Positions 36,140-45,984 are shown, counted from the first letter of the stretch. The stretch is DNA of 64,000 bases from an uncultured Thermoplasmatales archaeon (GCA_964514975.1 CAZESS010000006.1:1-64000); one strand, 5' to 3'. Program-made: numbers and translations. Notes: generated from the sequence alone by a model not told the origin.

Positions 36140-37248
36140 GAGCAAGCCATTCCCCATCTAGCCAAACAATACTTACAATGTTCGAACCTACCAGCTTCAG
36201 GATCGGTAGAGGCAAGTTTAGTAAGTCGCAACAAGCTGTCACGTTCCATGACCGTGCCTCTAGGAAGCTCTGAATCTTTGTACACCTGTCTTAACTCCCG
36301 GTAAGCAGGGCCATACCAAACCTCTCTAAAACCTTCCTTGAACATATTTCCCATGTTATAGGTATCCTCAGGGATCTCGTACTCGTAACCCATGTACCAA
36401 ACTTTTCCTCTACCCAAGGAATAGCAACATGCGAACAGGTCCCCTTCGATTGTAATCTCTGGACGTATGAACGGAAAGCTGAAACGCCTCCAGGTGGGAT
36501 TCAAACCCAAAGGGAAAATCCACTTTACACCCAACTGCTTACATAACCTTGCACTCTCGTTGAAAATGTTTTGGTTGGTGGAGTTGTTTTCGGGACGAAC
36601 TTTAGTGTCGTCGCCGTACGTACAAATAGGCATTAAGAACGTAACTTCTTTTGCTCCTACTTGTTTTGCTAATTTTACTATCTCTGGCATCTCGGCAATG
36701 TTTTGCTGCGTTATGACAGTGTTTATGCATAAGGGAATGCTACTACTACCCAGTAGCTTTAAGTTGTGCAAAGTTTGTTCCCACTCCGCCCCAACTCTCA
36801 TAGCTTCGTAAAGTTTCTTTTGCGCAGCGTCGACGGACGAGTGCACCCTATACACCTTGTTATTTTCCCAATGCCTGATGGTCTCGGGATTTACTAGCGT
36901 AGTGTTGCTGGTTACGACGGTGTGAATGTCTTGTTTAGCCGCGTACTCGATTATGTCGTTAGTTTCCGGGTTCATGAGAGGCTCGCCGTCACCCATAAAG
37001 TTGAGAGTTGCGAGTGTAGGAATTTGTTGATGTATCTCTCGGAACCTTTGCAAGGTGCAAAAAGGTTCTTCTGCACGGCTTTGCGCTAATGAGGAGTCGG
37101 CTCTTCTCATACAAGCGGGACAGCTAAGATTGCATACCCTTGATACTTCTAGGTCTATCATCCTGGGCATAAAGGTGCGTTGTCTAATCGCCCACTCTCC
37201 CAAGTGTTGTGCCCATCCTTGTGTTTCAGGTATCTTTTTCCAGTTCAT
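36136..37248 (-). CDS. Radical SAM/SPASM-twitch protein
   Basis: CNLSCPAC, GDGEPL, ACC..CKYC. Confidence 0.85.
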   Translation of the reverse strand: MNWKKIPETQGWAQHLGEWAIRQRTFMPRMIDLEVSRVCNLSCPACMRRADSSLAQSRAEEPFCTLQRFREIHQQIPTLATLNFMGDGEPLMNPETNDIIEYAAKQDIHTVVTSNTTLVNPETIRHWENNKVYRVHSSVDAAQKKLYEAMRVGAEWEQTLHNLKLLGSSSIPLCINTVITQQNIAEMPEIVKLAKQVGAKEVTFLMPICTYGDDTKVRPENNSTNQNIFNESARLCKQLGVKWIFPLGLNPTWRRFSFPFIRPEITIEGDLFACCYSLGRGKVWYMGYEYEIPEDTYNMGNMFKEGFREVWYGPAYRELRQVYKDSELPRGTVMERDSLLRLTKLASTDPEAGRFEHCKYCLARWGMACS

Positions 37249-37424
37249 TAGTCAAACCATTCTCCCCATGTCGTTTTGCAATCTTTGCACTCCTTCCAAC
37301 CCACATGTCCTCGCGTTACACGACATATGTTGTGAGAAGAGCACGAGGGGCATTTTACATTCTTTTGAGCTTCTAATGCGTCCCTGAGTATTTTAGCTAA
37401 CAGCTTGTCGCTTTGTGCGCTCAA
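37248..37424 (-). CDS. Zinc-ribbon protein, 58 aa (not in ORF track)
   Basis: CPSC...CKDC; AAGGAG RBS, TTG start. Confidence 0.6.
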   Translation of the reverse strand: MSAQSDKLLAKILRDALEAQKNVKCPSCSSHNICRVTRGHVGWKECKDCKTTWGEWFD

Positions 37425-37433
37425 AATATCTCC

Positions 37434-37661
37434 TTATACTAGTTGTAGTTGTTCCTTTGCAACTTGCGGCGCTTTTACAGGTTTTTCACTAACGTCTACT
37501 ACGGCTTCTATGCCTAGTACTTCCACTCCTATTATGCTACCGTTACTGTCAAAGTCTATAAATACTCTACCGTTCGCGAACTCCATTGTCAGTTCCACTT
37601 CCTCGTGTCTGAGGTAAGCATATAAAGCTTGAGCCTCAGGATCGTATGTTGCTTTTGGCAC
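37434..37661 (-). CDS. DUF2283-like protein
   Basis: YDPEAQALY..IDFDSNGSIIGVEVL. Confidence 0.8.
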   Translation of the reverse strand: MPKATYDPEAQALYAYLRHEEVELTMEFANGRVFIDFDSNGSIIGVEVLGIEAVVDVSEKPVKAPQVAKEQLQLV

Positions 37662-38694
37662 TAAGTAAACCCCCTAATTGCTGTACTACTTGTGAGCAGT
37701 ATTTATCCCAAGTAAGTTCGGTTTCGATAACGACACGTAGCTGTACGTCATAGGTACCCTTAATAGTCGTGCATATTTGCGCTGCGTGTTTGGGGGAAGA
37801 CGCTACGTTATCGAACAACTGACTTTCCTGAAATTCGGGTATAGTAATAACTGGCAGCTTGGCGCAGGTGGCTTCTAAAGGCGCTAGCCATCCTCCCTGA
37901 CCTGTCACTGGATGCAGCAGTACGTCATAGTTGTTGTAAGCCCTTCTTACGTATTCTCGATTTCGCTGCCCTAAAAAGTGTACTCTACTTTCCAAATCCC
38001 AATCGGCGATATAGCGCTGTAACTTCTTTAAGTAGCTTTTGTCGGAAGCGTCGCCTATGAGGGTTAGTGATGCGTCGGAGGCTTGCCCGTCAGGCATGTG
38101 GTCCAGCAGTTGACTTAGTACTTGCAAACTCCACAACTGGTTTTTTAGTGGAGTGACAGTACCTACTTGTAGTAAGTTTAGGAAATGTCTGGGAGTTGTT
38201 ATAGGTTCATATACTTTTTCCGACCACCACTCAAAGTCTATACCGTAAGATATGATAGTTGGAGTAATACCGTACAAGCGTTGGAAGCGTGCTTGGTCAT
38301 AAGTGGTAGCTACAACCATATCAACAAAAGGATGACTAACCCACCACTTGTTAAACTTCTCCAAAGGTTTTCTCCACCATTTGCTAAACAACTCTGGGGG
38401 TTCATTGACGTACCACAACAAAGGTTTTTTACGGGGAAAAGACGTCAGCGACGCGGGAAAATTGAAGGCGATGATCGCGTCACTCCCCAAAGCATTAACT
38501 CTTTCCCACATTCCTAAGTAGGTGTTTACAGTTGAGTACTTGCCTTCGAGATCAATTAACATTTCGTAGGGAGGATCTTTGAGAACCAACTCGTAACAGT
38601 AGTTATGCTTGTGTAACCAATTGTCCAAGCGTACAACAACCTCTTCTGCCCCTCCATAAAAGTGTTGACATGGATGTACGACTACTATCTTCAA
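37636..38694 (-). CDS. Glycosyltransferase family 4
   Basis: GGAE, KNQ, LEATCAKLPVI, TWD. Confidence 0.8.
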   Translation of the reverse strand: MKIVVVHPCQHFYGGAEEVVVRLDNWLHKHNYCYELVLKDPPYEMLIDLEGKYSTVNTYLGMWERVNALGSDAIIAFNFPASLTSFPRKKPLLWYVNEPPELFSKWWRKPLEKFNKWWVSHPFVDMVVATTYDQARFQRLYGITPTIISYGIDFEWWSEKVYEPITTPRHFLNLLQVGTVTPLKNQLWSLQVLSQLLDHMPDGQASDASLTLIGDASDKSYLKKLQRYIADWDLESRVHFLGQRNREYVRRAYNNYDVLLHPVTGQGGWLAPLEATCAKLPVITIPEFQESQLFDNVASSPKHAAQICTTIKGTYDVQLRVVIETELTWDKYCSQVVQQLGGLLSAKSNIRS

Positions 38695-39020
38695 AAAGCC
38701 CCCTCTGCTACTAGAACACTGCTGCCTCGACTTTTACGATTAGAATCTGCGTCTATGATTGTGATGGAGTCGCTGGGGATAGTTCTTGTGATATACTTAT
38801 GTCCCGGCAAGTCGGTGTATACTTTGATGTTGGACGGAACACAAATCTTTAGTAACGCCAAGTTCTCTTGGTAGTCTTCAGGGTCAACTGCCCTTAAACA
38901 GTCTTGCCTGCAATCGAATACAAATCTGCGTTGCCCACCTACCGTTTTTAAGCCGGAGCTTTTTATGTGCCGCAACTCGCTTTCGGGTACAACAGTGTAA
39001 ACTAAGGTCAACTCAATCAC
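38691..39020 (-). CDS. Degenerate ART-fold (Tpt1-like) protein
   Basis: VYTVV...IKSSGL...LLKI...IPSDSI; lacks the His. Confidence 0.5.
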   Translation of the reverse strand: MIELTLVYTVVPESELRHIKSSGLKTVGGQRRFVFDCRQDCLRAVDPEDYQENLALLKICVPSNIKVYTDLPGHKYITRTIPSDSITIIDADSNRKSRGSSVLVAEGAF

Positions 39021-39026
39021 TCTCCT

Positions 39027-39350
39027 TTATAAATACCGCCATTGCTCGCACGTAGTACGTGCTATGTCCGTAACGGTTCTTCCTTTGGTACATTTTTGGG
39101 ATTGCAAGTCGCAAAACTTACACCAGTTACAGGTATGAGGTCCTGGATAGGTCTTAAACGGCCTTACCATCATCTCCCTGACTTCCTTTAGAGGCGGTTT
39201 TTGTTGGAACCTTGCCGCCAAATGTTCCCATTCGTCTTTGGTAAGGAATCTTTCGGCTGTAGCGGGCGCGTCCACAATGGCTATGCAAGTGCCCGTATCT
39301 TCAAGATCCAATACCGGAAAGTACTTAAACATCACCCTTCCACACTCCAT
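39027..39350 (-). CDS. Cys-rich hypothetical protein
   Basis: CNWCKFC...C...C. Confidence 0.5.
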   Translation of the reverse strand: MECGRVMFKYFPVLDLEDTGTCIAIVDAPATAERFLTKDEWEHLAARFQQKPPLKEVREMMVRPFKTYPGPHTCNWCKFCDLQSQKCTKGRTVTDIARTTCEQWRYL

Positions 39351-40551
39351 ACTTTTTTACTCTGCTGAGAGTGTTGAAAGCTCTACAACCTACACACACT
39401 TCTGGTACCGGCGCGTGCGGGTCTACCACCTTTTTACGGAACTGCTTGTAATGCGGTGTATTCCAGATTTCTTTGAGTGTAGATTGGTGTATGTTTCCAA
39501 AAGCTAAACGCTCTAAGTTAGGTCGATCGTTGCTCATTAAAACAGCACAACAAGGTACCACGTGACCTGTTATCATTATGTAAGGCTCGCTCCAAAACGT
39601 GCAAAAGTCTACAGGCGCTTTGTTTTCTTCTATATGCGTTATATGAGACCAGTAGTTTGTGAACCCGTACAACTTGCTTCGCCTGTCTGTAATGGCAACG
39701 ATCTCTTTAGGTATCTCTACCGCCAAACCTTTTGTTTGCTCGAACTCTAGTAGGGCGACGATGTTGATGGAAGGGTCATCTCCGTAATCTCGTACATCAT
39801 CTACTAATGAGGACAGGAATTCGGGTATTCGCGTAACTTCGTGTACGTTGTGTTTAAGAAAACAGAACCTAAAGCAAATCTCGGGAAGTGGGCTATTTAA
39901 TTGCTTTTTAGCTGCGACTAACTTTTGTATGTTGGATTTTACCGCTTCAAAGTTCGAACCTACTCGGATCTTTTCGTAGGTGTCCTTCGTAACACCGTCA
40001 AAAGACCAGTAAATGCGGTCGACACCCGACTCTACTAAAAAGCGTATTTCGTTATCACTTATGCGGTAAAAGTCGTGACTAAAGTCTACGTAGATGCCCT
40101 TGGCCTTACAGTACAACACCATTTTAAGGAAATCAGGGTCTAAGAAGGGGCTACCTTCCCCTGTAAGGTTAATCCACTTTAAGTTAGGTATCGCGTCAAC
40201 TATCTTGCGGAAGTCGTTGAATTGTAAGTGTTGGTTCAAGTACGACTTATCCGGCCAGTAGGTATGCTCACACATGATGCACCGCAAGTAGCAAGCCGTA
40301 GTTACTTCAACTTCTATGTCCCACAAAAAAGGCGCCTTACCCGTAAGCTTCCATACGGGGTCAAGTACGCCTCGTCCGCAATCTTCGCCTCGTACGAAAT
40401 AGGTTACGAACAAGTGGTTTTTGAGGGATTGATACTCTCCCTTTTTAAGCAGGTATTTGAGTGTCCTGCGGTGCTTCCACAATAATTGTGTAGCAGAAAA
40501 AGGCCTGTAGGCTACGTTTGCAACAACATCGAGATTTTCTTTGAAAGTCAC
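39325..40551 (-). CDS. Radical SAM/SPASM-twitch protein
   Basis: CYLRCIMC, SFDG, VPCC, CVGC. Confidence 0.85.
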   Translation of the reverse strand: MTFKENLDVVANVAYRPFSATQLLWKHRRTLKYLLKKGEYQSLKNHLFVTYFVRGEDCGRGVLDPVWKLTGKAPFLWDIEVEVTTACYLRCIMCEHTYWPDKSYLNQHLQFNDFRKIVDAIPNLKWINLTGEGSPFLDPDFLKMVLYCKAKGIYVDFSHDFYRISDNEIRFLVESGVDRIYWSFDGVTKDTYEKIRVGSNFEAVKSNIQKLVAAKKQLNSPLPEICFRFCFLKHNVHEVTRIPEFLSSLVDDVRDYGDDPSINIVALLEFEQTKGLAVEIPKEIVAITDRRSKLYGFTNYWSHITHIEENKAPVDFCTFWSEPYIMITGHVVPCCAVLMSNDRPNLERLAFGNIHQSTLKEIWNTPHYKQFRKKVVDPHAPVPEVCVGCRAFNTLSRVKKYGVWKGDV

Positions 40552-41192
40552 TCATCCTCCAATCCATGTCTAGTAAGGTAATTGTTTACGTACTTGACAG
40601 CGCGTCGCAAGCTTTGCGGAGGTATGCCCATCTCAGGTTGAAGTTCTTCAAGCGCCTCACGTACTTCGCGCCACTCCACGCCATCCCTAAGTACCATTGT
40701 CACGGCGTTGTCAATCAGGGCATCAGTCCAACTATCTCCAGTATGTATACATGCTTGTAGCTCTCTCTTCATCGCCTGTTTTGAAGTTATTGCCTCAGAG
40801 GCTTTAGAGAAGCTTGATAAGTGTTTGTGGTACAGGTGCGCCAACTCATGTCTTAAAGCACTCTTTGCTCTGGGCTTAGACATGCCTTCGGGTATAGATA
40901 TGACATATTTGCCGGGCGCAACAACTTCAACTCGCGGGTCAGAAGTTCTCTCGCCGATTATTACTTTAGGAATTTTACCTGTATAGCCGACTTTCTTAGC
41001 TTCCTGCTGAACTAACTCTTTAGGAATTTCTTTGTAGCCGCCGTATGTGGTTATGTCGTGCCCGAAGTACTCACGTGACAGCAACTTGTCTACTGAGGTA
41101 CCGGAAGGTATGGCATCCCAATCTTCCCCAAGTTCTTCGAAGTATTCTTTCCAAGCTTGTTGCTGCCTAGACGTTAGGTCTCTTTTCTTCAA
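40548..41192 (-). CDS. HEXXH zinc metallopeptidase-like protein
   Basis: LRHELAHLYHKH...ELQA. Confidence 0.6.
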   Translation of the reverse strand: MKKRDLTSRQQQAWKEYFEELGEDWDAIPSGTSVDKLLSREYFGHDITTYGGYKEIPKELVQQEAKKVGYTGKIPKVIIGERTSDPRVEVVAPGKYVISIPEGMSKPRAKSALRHELAHLYHKHLSSFSKASEAITSKQAMKRELQACIHTGDSWTDALIDNAVTMVLRDGVEWREVREALEELQPEMGIPPQSLRRAVKYVNNYLTRHGLEDE

Positions 41193-41194
41193 CC

Positions 41195-42226
41195 TTACTT
41201 ACCCCTTCTCAAAATTGACTCGTAAACTCTTTCGTAAGCGTCTACGGTCCTTTCCCAGTCGTGATTCTCCTTAGCCCACAAATAGTTTGCCTTAGTATCC
41301 ACCGTTTCTACTAAGTCGTACAAAGACTCCTTAGTTTGTAGTACTCCGTTGAGGTCGGGGGCTAAAGCGCATCCGATTATGACCTCGAACGGTAGAACCG
41401 CATCGGTCATTACTACTACAGGTCGGCCGCAAGCCATTGCTTCAACAATGGGAAGTCCATAACCTTCAATCCACGTAGGGAATACTAGTACATCAATGGA
41501 GTTGTAGAAGTCTACTAGTTGATTGTCGGGTATTATATCTAAAAACTCTATTCTAGGATCGCCCCCTGCAAGCCTTTTTAATCGAGGAGCTTCAGGCCCT
41601 ATTCCCGCTATTTTAACGTGCCAGTTTTCCTTACTTTCCGTAACTGCTAAGATTAGCAATTCTACCCTTTTTCTACGGTCTAACTGCCCTAAGTAACCCA
41701 AACGTAAGTAGTTGTTATCCACGGGCTCTTTAATATCTAAGTTGGGAAGGATGCCTGACCTTATTGTACAAATAGAAGAGGGGCTTACATTCAAGCATGA
41801 GGAGACCTCAAGGCTAGTTTTGTCGCTTACGGCTACGATACTCTTACTTTTCGCAGCACGTTTTGCGGCGTATTTGAAATAGGCTACACCCAGATCATGT
41901 TTCAGCCCTTTCTCTCCTAAGCCGCTTCCTAACCTTTTGGGATGTGTAATTTGAAACAAGTCGTGGAAGGTCACTACACTTTTGTCTCGCGGGAGCCACA
42001 TGGCTTCCATAGGAGTTAATGCGTGGTATACTTGGGCATCTTTTGGCATCTTCTTGCGTATCTCGTAAAAGGTGTACCAAAAATAAGAGTATAAGGACAT
42101 ACTCTCTGCACTAATGCAAACTACTTCGTGACCCCTTTTTTGCAGGCGGTCGCGTATTTCAATAGATACGCGTCCCAAACCAGCGTTGCGAAGATCGAAA
42201 CACTTTGTTAGTAAGCAGATCCTCAT
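41195..42226 (-). CDS. Glycosyltransferase family 4
   Basis: TFHDL, RKR, EGYGLPIVEAMACG. Confidence 0.9.
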   Translation of the reverse strand: MRICLLTKCFDLRNAGLGRVSIEIRDRLQKRGHEVVCISAESMSLYSYFWYTFYEIRKKMPKDAQVYHALTPMEAMWLPRDKSVVTFHDLFQITHPKRLGSGLGEKGLKHDLGVAYFKYAAKRAAKSKSIVAVSDKTSLEVSSCLNVSPSSICTIRSGILPNLDIKEPVDNNYLRLGYLGQLDRRKRVELLILAVTESKENWHVKIAGIGPEAPRLKRLAGGDPRIEFLDIIPDNQLVDFYNSIDVLVFPTWIEGYGLPIVEAMACGRPVVVMTDAVLPFEVIIGCALAPDLNGVLQTKESLYDLVETVDTKANYLWAKENHDWERTVDAYERVYESILRRGK

Positions 42227-42430
42227 CTACCAATCCTCGCGAGGGACAATGGTACGTGGCTTTCGAAACCCAGCCTTGTGAAAGATAGTGTTTGAGGGAG
42301 CATCTCTTAATATAACAGGTTTGACGTCTTCGTATTTACCTTCGTACTCGGGTATGGGCTGACCCTTGCTGTCAAAAGCTCGTACCATACCGTTCTGCCA
42401 CAAATGTACTATTGCGATAGTTCTTGCCAT
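42227..42430 (-). CDS. Small hypothetical protein
   Basis: NGMV.AFD..G..IPEYEG; AAGGAGG RBS. Confidence 0.6.
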   Translation of the reverse strand: MARTIAIVHLWQNGMVRAFDSKGQPIPEYEGKYEDVKPVILRDAPSNTIFHKAGFRKPRTIVPREDW

Positions 42431-42439
42431 GCCGCCTCC

Positions 42440-42907
42440 TTAGTCTAAGTAGTATCTTTTCCAGTGGAGCTTGCGATAGTCACGCAACCACAACACTAAC
42501 AAGGTTATAATCATAACAGCTAAAACAATTATTACGTAATAGTACCACTGAAACGAGTCTGAAGACGGAGGAGGCGAAGGTTCTTCCACTTCCTTCAGAT
42601 CTTCTGGGGCCTGTTCGGATTGTTGCTTGTCTTGCAAGTAGTCCAAATACCATTGTTGGAGGTGGATTACTTGCGGAGGCTTAACTTCAGACTCCTCAAA
42701 AACGGAGAAAGGGTCTCTACCATAACTTTCCGGAGGACACCCGTACGGACCTGAGTCCCACGAGTACTGCCTTTTAGGGTCTGGCTGTTCCTGCTCTTCT
42801 TCTACGACTTTTACCCGCAAACTTACGTCGTCCTCTCCTTCACAGTCTGCTAGTAAAGGTTGAGGTAGCAAAAGTAGTAACAGGAACGGAAAAACCCACT
42901 TAACCAT
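42440..42907 (-). CDS. Signal peptide + single beta strand + disordered linker + C-terminal TM (candidate fibre anchor)
   Basis: DCEGEDDVSLRVKV right after signal; P/E/Q-rich linker; TM. Confidence 0.6.
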   Translation of the reverse strand: MVKWVFPFLLLLLLPQPLLADCEGEDDVSLRVKVVEEEQEQPDPKRQYSWDSGPYGCPPESYGRDPFSVFEESEVKPPQVIHLQQWYLDYLQDKQQSEQAPEDLKEVEEPSPPPSSDSFQWYYYVIIVLAVMIITLLVLWLRDYRKLHWKRYYLD

Positions 42908-43402
42908 TTATCTCCCCCGGGGCGCAAGCTTTATGAAGGTAAGGACCGCTAACACCAGTACCATGAAACCTATGATAATGTAATATAGTTCAGTTACGTG
43001 TCCCTCGAAGTCAAGAGGACCGTAAGGCGCTGCACCCTTCACTGTTAAAGGTATTTGTATTCCTACACCCACAGCAGCACCCGTCATAGGCTTCAACCTT
43101 AGAAACCCTTCATGAACTCCGCTAGCAACTACTTTTATGTCTAAAGTGATAGTACGGTTGTTCTCGTCAAGCGTTACATACGTAGGACTGTACTGTAGTA
43201 CCGTTGAAGGAATGTCTTTTAAGGTTATGCGAACATCTCCTACGTATCCTGAGGTTTCTGTAAGGGTGATGGAACTGTCACCTTCCTCGATAACAACATT
43301 GGTAGGGGTTATGCCAAACTGACTAGCGCTTACGGGTTCACATAAAGCAAGTAAAGCCGCTAAACCTATAATGAACCACGCTATAATCTTTTCCAACAAC
43401 AT
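42908..43402 (-). CDS. Exported Ig-fold protein with C-terminal TM (chaperone-like)
   Basis: FGITPTNV...YSPTYVTL...GVGIQIPLTV. Confidence 0.6.
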   Translation of the reverse strand: MLLEKIIAWFIIGLAALLALCEPVSASQFGITPTNVVIEEGDSSITLTETSGYVGDVRITLKDIPSTVLQYSPTYVTLDENNRTITLDIKVVASGVHEGFLRLKPMTGAAVGVGIQIPLTVKGAAPYGPLDFEGHVTELYYIIIGFMVLVLAVLTFIKLAPRGR

Positions 43403-43412
43403 TTTTGCCTCC

Positions 43413-43431
43413 GAGGGGGATGAACCCCCTC
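43413..43431 (-). other. GC-rich intergenic hairpin abutting RBS
   Basis: GAGGGGG-5 nt-CCCCCTC, no U tract. Confidence 0.6.
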
Positions 43432-43437
43432 AAATGT

Positions 43438-44340
43438 TTATACAGGCGTAACCCAGAAGGTTAAGGTACCTGTTTCCGTTCCGGGCGGTGTAGCTACGGG
43501 AACTCCCAAACGCGCATCTACGTCAAAGGAACCTGCAACTGCAACACCTTCGCTCCACATGTTAAGGAAAGCCCATCCGCCGCCAGAGTCGAACTCCAGG
43601 TTTCCGTTAAAAAGATCTGTAGCACTAGCTTCAACAGTCACGTCGACATCTCCACAATTACTTACTGTCAACGCGTTACCTATCTCCACTTCTGTACCGG
43701 GCTGTACGCTTCCAAAGTCTAAAGAGCTTGGCGTAACGTCTATACATACGCAATGTGCATCTTGCACTTCTACGGTAAGGTCTACCTCGTCGTTACCTGA
43801 GCAAGGTTCAGTAACGAACTGTACCCAATCAAAGGCTACTTGCCCGTAGGTGTCGAAGTATTCCCACTGTACTCCTGTAGCGCAAAACTCCACCACGTGC
43901 TGCATTTGGTTAGGAAGCCCGAAAACTGTTAAGTCCACAGTTTCGTCAACCCACGTCTCTGCAGGATCGCTAGGATCAGGGTCGTTGTAAGTGAAGACAG
44001 TTACACCATCCACCTTCACTTCGTAAGAGTCGTCGCCGATGCCTTCTAAAGCTGACCATGAAAGTTCCAGCGGATTCGCGCACTCGCAACATTGGAAGGT
44101 GATGTCAGCGCAAGGATCTTCGGTAGTTTCCCATACTACGCGACAATCGTCTACGCCTCCATAGTTACCTCCAGAGTTTGCCGGCTCGATCGGGCCCCAC
44201 CCGTTCATCACAACAGAGCTTTCGCTAGTGGTATTCCCAATGTCTACGTCCCATGTCCCGGGACAAGACGTGTCCGCCGTTGCCATGGTTGGTACTAAAA
44301 GTACCGCAACGACTGCTAGGGCTGCAATAAGTTTGTGCAT
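43438..44340 (-). CDS. Secreted two-domain protein: lectin-like N domain plus pilin-like Ig domain
   Basis: Signal peptide; CSGNDEVDLTVEV..IDVTPSSLDFG..TVSN..TLTF; AGGAGG RBS. Confidence 0.65.
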   Translation of the reverse strand: MHKLIAALAVVAVLLVPTMATADTSCPGTWDVDIGNTTSESSVVMNGWGPIEPANSGGNYGGVDDCRVVWETTEDPCADITFQCCECANPLELSWSALEGIGDDSYEVKVDGVTVFTYNDPDPSDPAETWVDETVDLTVFGLPNQMQHVVEFCATGVQWEYFDTYGQVAFDWVQFVTEPCSGNDEVDLTVEVQDAHCVCIDVTPSSLDFGSVQPGTEVEIGNALTVSNCGDVDVTVEASATDLFNGNLEFDSGGGWAFLNMWSEGVAVAGSFDVDARLGVPVATPPGTETGTLTFWVTPV

Positions 44341-44399
44341 GTAAAACCTCCTCCTTTTCATACTTTCGTGTAATTAACCCCCTACACGTAATCTACCAT

Positions 44400-44439
44400 A
44401 TTATACATGAGTGTAGCAAGTTTTTTCAATAGTGTATAG
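44400..44439 (-). promoter_or_regulatory. Sigma70-type promoter with CTATACACTA box
   Basis: Box, TTGAAA-18-TATAAT. Confidence 0.75.
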
Positions 44440-44443
44440 AAAG

Positions 44444-44665
44444 TCATTCATAAATGTTTGTAAGTCTCCCGTCCGGCAAATAGCGTTCCCGAGAGGGTTT
44501 TGCACCTAGAAATACGGATCTTAAGGACGGATCCGATAGCAATAGTTCGATTGTAGGAAGCCCGTATTGAGCATATACTGCGCCCATACAATACAACATT
44601 TGTTCCTGGTGACGTGTCTTATTAAACCAGACACGCCTTACATCGTTATAGTAATCGCGCCTCAT
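44444..44665 (-). CDS. Hypothetical protein
   Basis: ATGA coupling. Confidence 0.55.
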   Translation of the reverse strand: MRRDYYNDVRRVWFNKTRHQEQMLYCMGAVYAQYGLPTIELLLSDPSLRSVFLGAKPSRERYLPDGRLTNIYE

Positions 44666-44913
44666 AACTTCTCCAATAACTCCTGCAACTGGAAACCATC
44701 CATACTAATGCATATTTGGTGATCGCGGGAGCCCCACATTATACCTTCGGTATGCAGATACTTTAGCAAATGATCTGCGCAACAATAGTAAAGGTCGTAC
44801 ATCTCGTCCCCGTGCAAGTAGCACTGCATGGAGAGACCTTCGTGTTCAAAAGGGAGGAGACACCAATCACAAGTTGTCACGCTGATTTCTCGTTGTAGTA
44901 TCGTCTTGCCCAT
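44662..44913 (-). CDS. Small Cys/His metal-binding protein
   Basis: CDWC...YCCADH. Confidence 0.55.
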   Translation of the reverse strand: MGKTILQREISVTTCDWCLLPFEHEGLSMQCYLHGDEMYDLYYCCADHLLKYLHTEGIMWGSRDHQICISMDGFQLQELLEKL

Positions 44914-45101
44914 GTCTCCTCTTTCCTCGTTTGCACAAAATGTAGACGTCTGTTTCTGGTTTGATGAAAGTAGTATGATATTAGCGAGTTTAGTTGAGGA
45001 GAGGGTCTCCTGTTAAAGAAACCCGCAACAGGGTCATACATTTCAATAAACGTATTTACTAACTCACTTATGCTGGGCTCGTTGGTTCTACTCTCTTCCA
45101 T
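44877..45101 (-). CDS. Hypothetical protein
   Basis: GAGG RBS. Confidence 0.45.
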   Translation of the reverse strand: MEESRTNEPSISELVNTFIEMYDPVAGFFNRRPSPQLNSLISYYFHQTRNRRLHFVQTRKEETWARRYYNEKSA

Positions 45102-45246
45102 AATGGTGACCTCTTAAAAGATTTTCTACAACTTGGGACTCGGGGACGTTCTCTTGTTCTGCCGTTTTTGCGATGAAGTCTTTTATTACCAGCTCAGCGG
45201 CAAACTCGAAATCTCCCTTTTCCATGTTAGTTAGATCTTCTCCCAT
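45088..45246 (-). CDS. Small acidic protein, 52 aa (not in ORF track)
   Basis: AGGAGG RBS; MGEDLTNMEKG... Confidence 0.55.
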   Translation of the reverse strand: MGEDLTNMEKGDFEFAAELVIKDFIAKTAEQENVPESQVVENLLRGHHYGRE

Positions 45247-45267
45247 CTTGCCCTCCTAATATTCGTA

Positions 45268-45564
45268 CTACCACTTCCACACTACTAAAGGTGAGTATAT
45301 CAGCACTGTTAGTGTGACGGTAGCTACAACGCCTAAAACCAATTTAGGGTATAATCCTGTAATACGTGAAGCCAAATAGCAAATGACAATGCAAGCCAAA
45401 ATGAAAATGGGTGTATGGAAGATCCTTCCGTGAGTAAGGTTGGGAGCCACGGTTTTCCATAACAACATCGAGAAAAAGTGGTCCAGGTCAACCAATACAC
45501 TAGCAAACCCACACAACCCGAAGATAAGAAGTGCAGTAGCGGCTTCCATATAAAATTCGTCCAA
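45268..45564 (-). CDS. Membrane protein with DLDH/H..FH motif (metal-dependent hydrolase-like)
   Basis: LVDLDH...HGRIFHT, TMs. Confidence 0.55.
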   Translation of the reverse strand: MDEFYMEAATALLIFGLCGFASVLVDLDHFFSMLLWKTVAPNLTHGRIFHTPIFILACIVICYLASRITGLYPKLVLGVVATVTLTVLIYSPLVVWKW

Positions 45565-45591
45565 CCTTCCTTAAGAATTATTTGTAGTATT

Positions 45592-45984
45592 TCACTCATC
45601 TTCGCTGCGACTCATTATAGCTTGTGTACACAGTGCGGCTACGCCTACGCCAAGCAACATTGTGGCGATTCCAGAAGCTACAGGAAGGTTATGTAGTTCG
45701 TCGTCCTTATACGGTTGGGCTTGTAAAAGGGCAAAGACGGGAGAGTTTTCGGCTTTACCTGTGATGTGGTAACGAATTTCTAACATATCGTTATCGTCGA
45801 CATTTAGGACCTCTACCAACTCTTTATTGGTTAAGTATTGTTGCACAAGCAGGTACTCTTGAATGGTAAGAGTAGCTTCGCCCTCAGCACCGAATATAGT
45901 ATCGTCGGCGATAGCCGAATAGGATGGGACTCCAAACGCAAGAAGTACAAGGGCTGCCGCTCCTATAGCTAATACTACCCTCAT
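45592..45984 (-). CDS. 2-TM membrane protein, paralog of 45981..46412
   Basis: FGAEGEATLT...LQAQP. Confidence 0.7.
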   Translation of the reverse strand: MRVVLAIGAAALVLLAFGVPSYSAIADDTIFGAEGEATLTIQEYLLVQQYLTNKELVEVLNVDDNDMLEIRYHITGKAENSPVFALLQAQPYKDDELHNLPVASGIATMLLGVGVAALCTQAIMSRSEDE

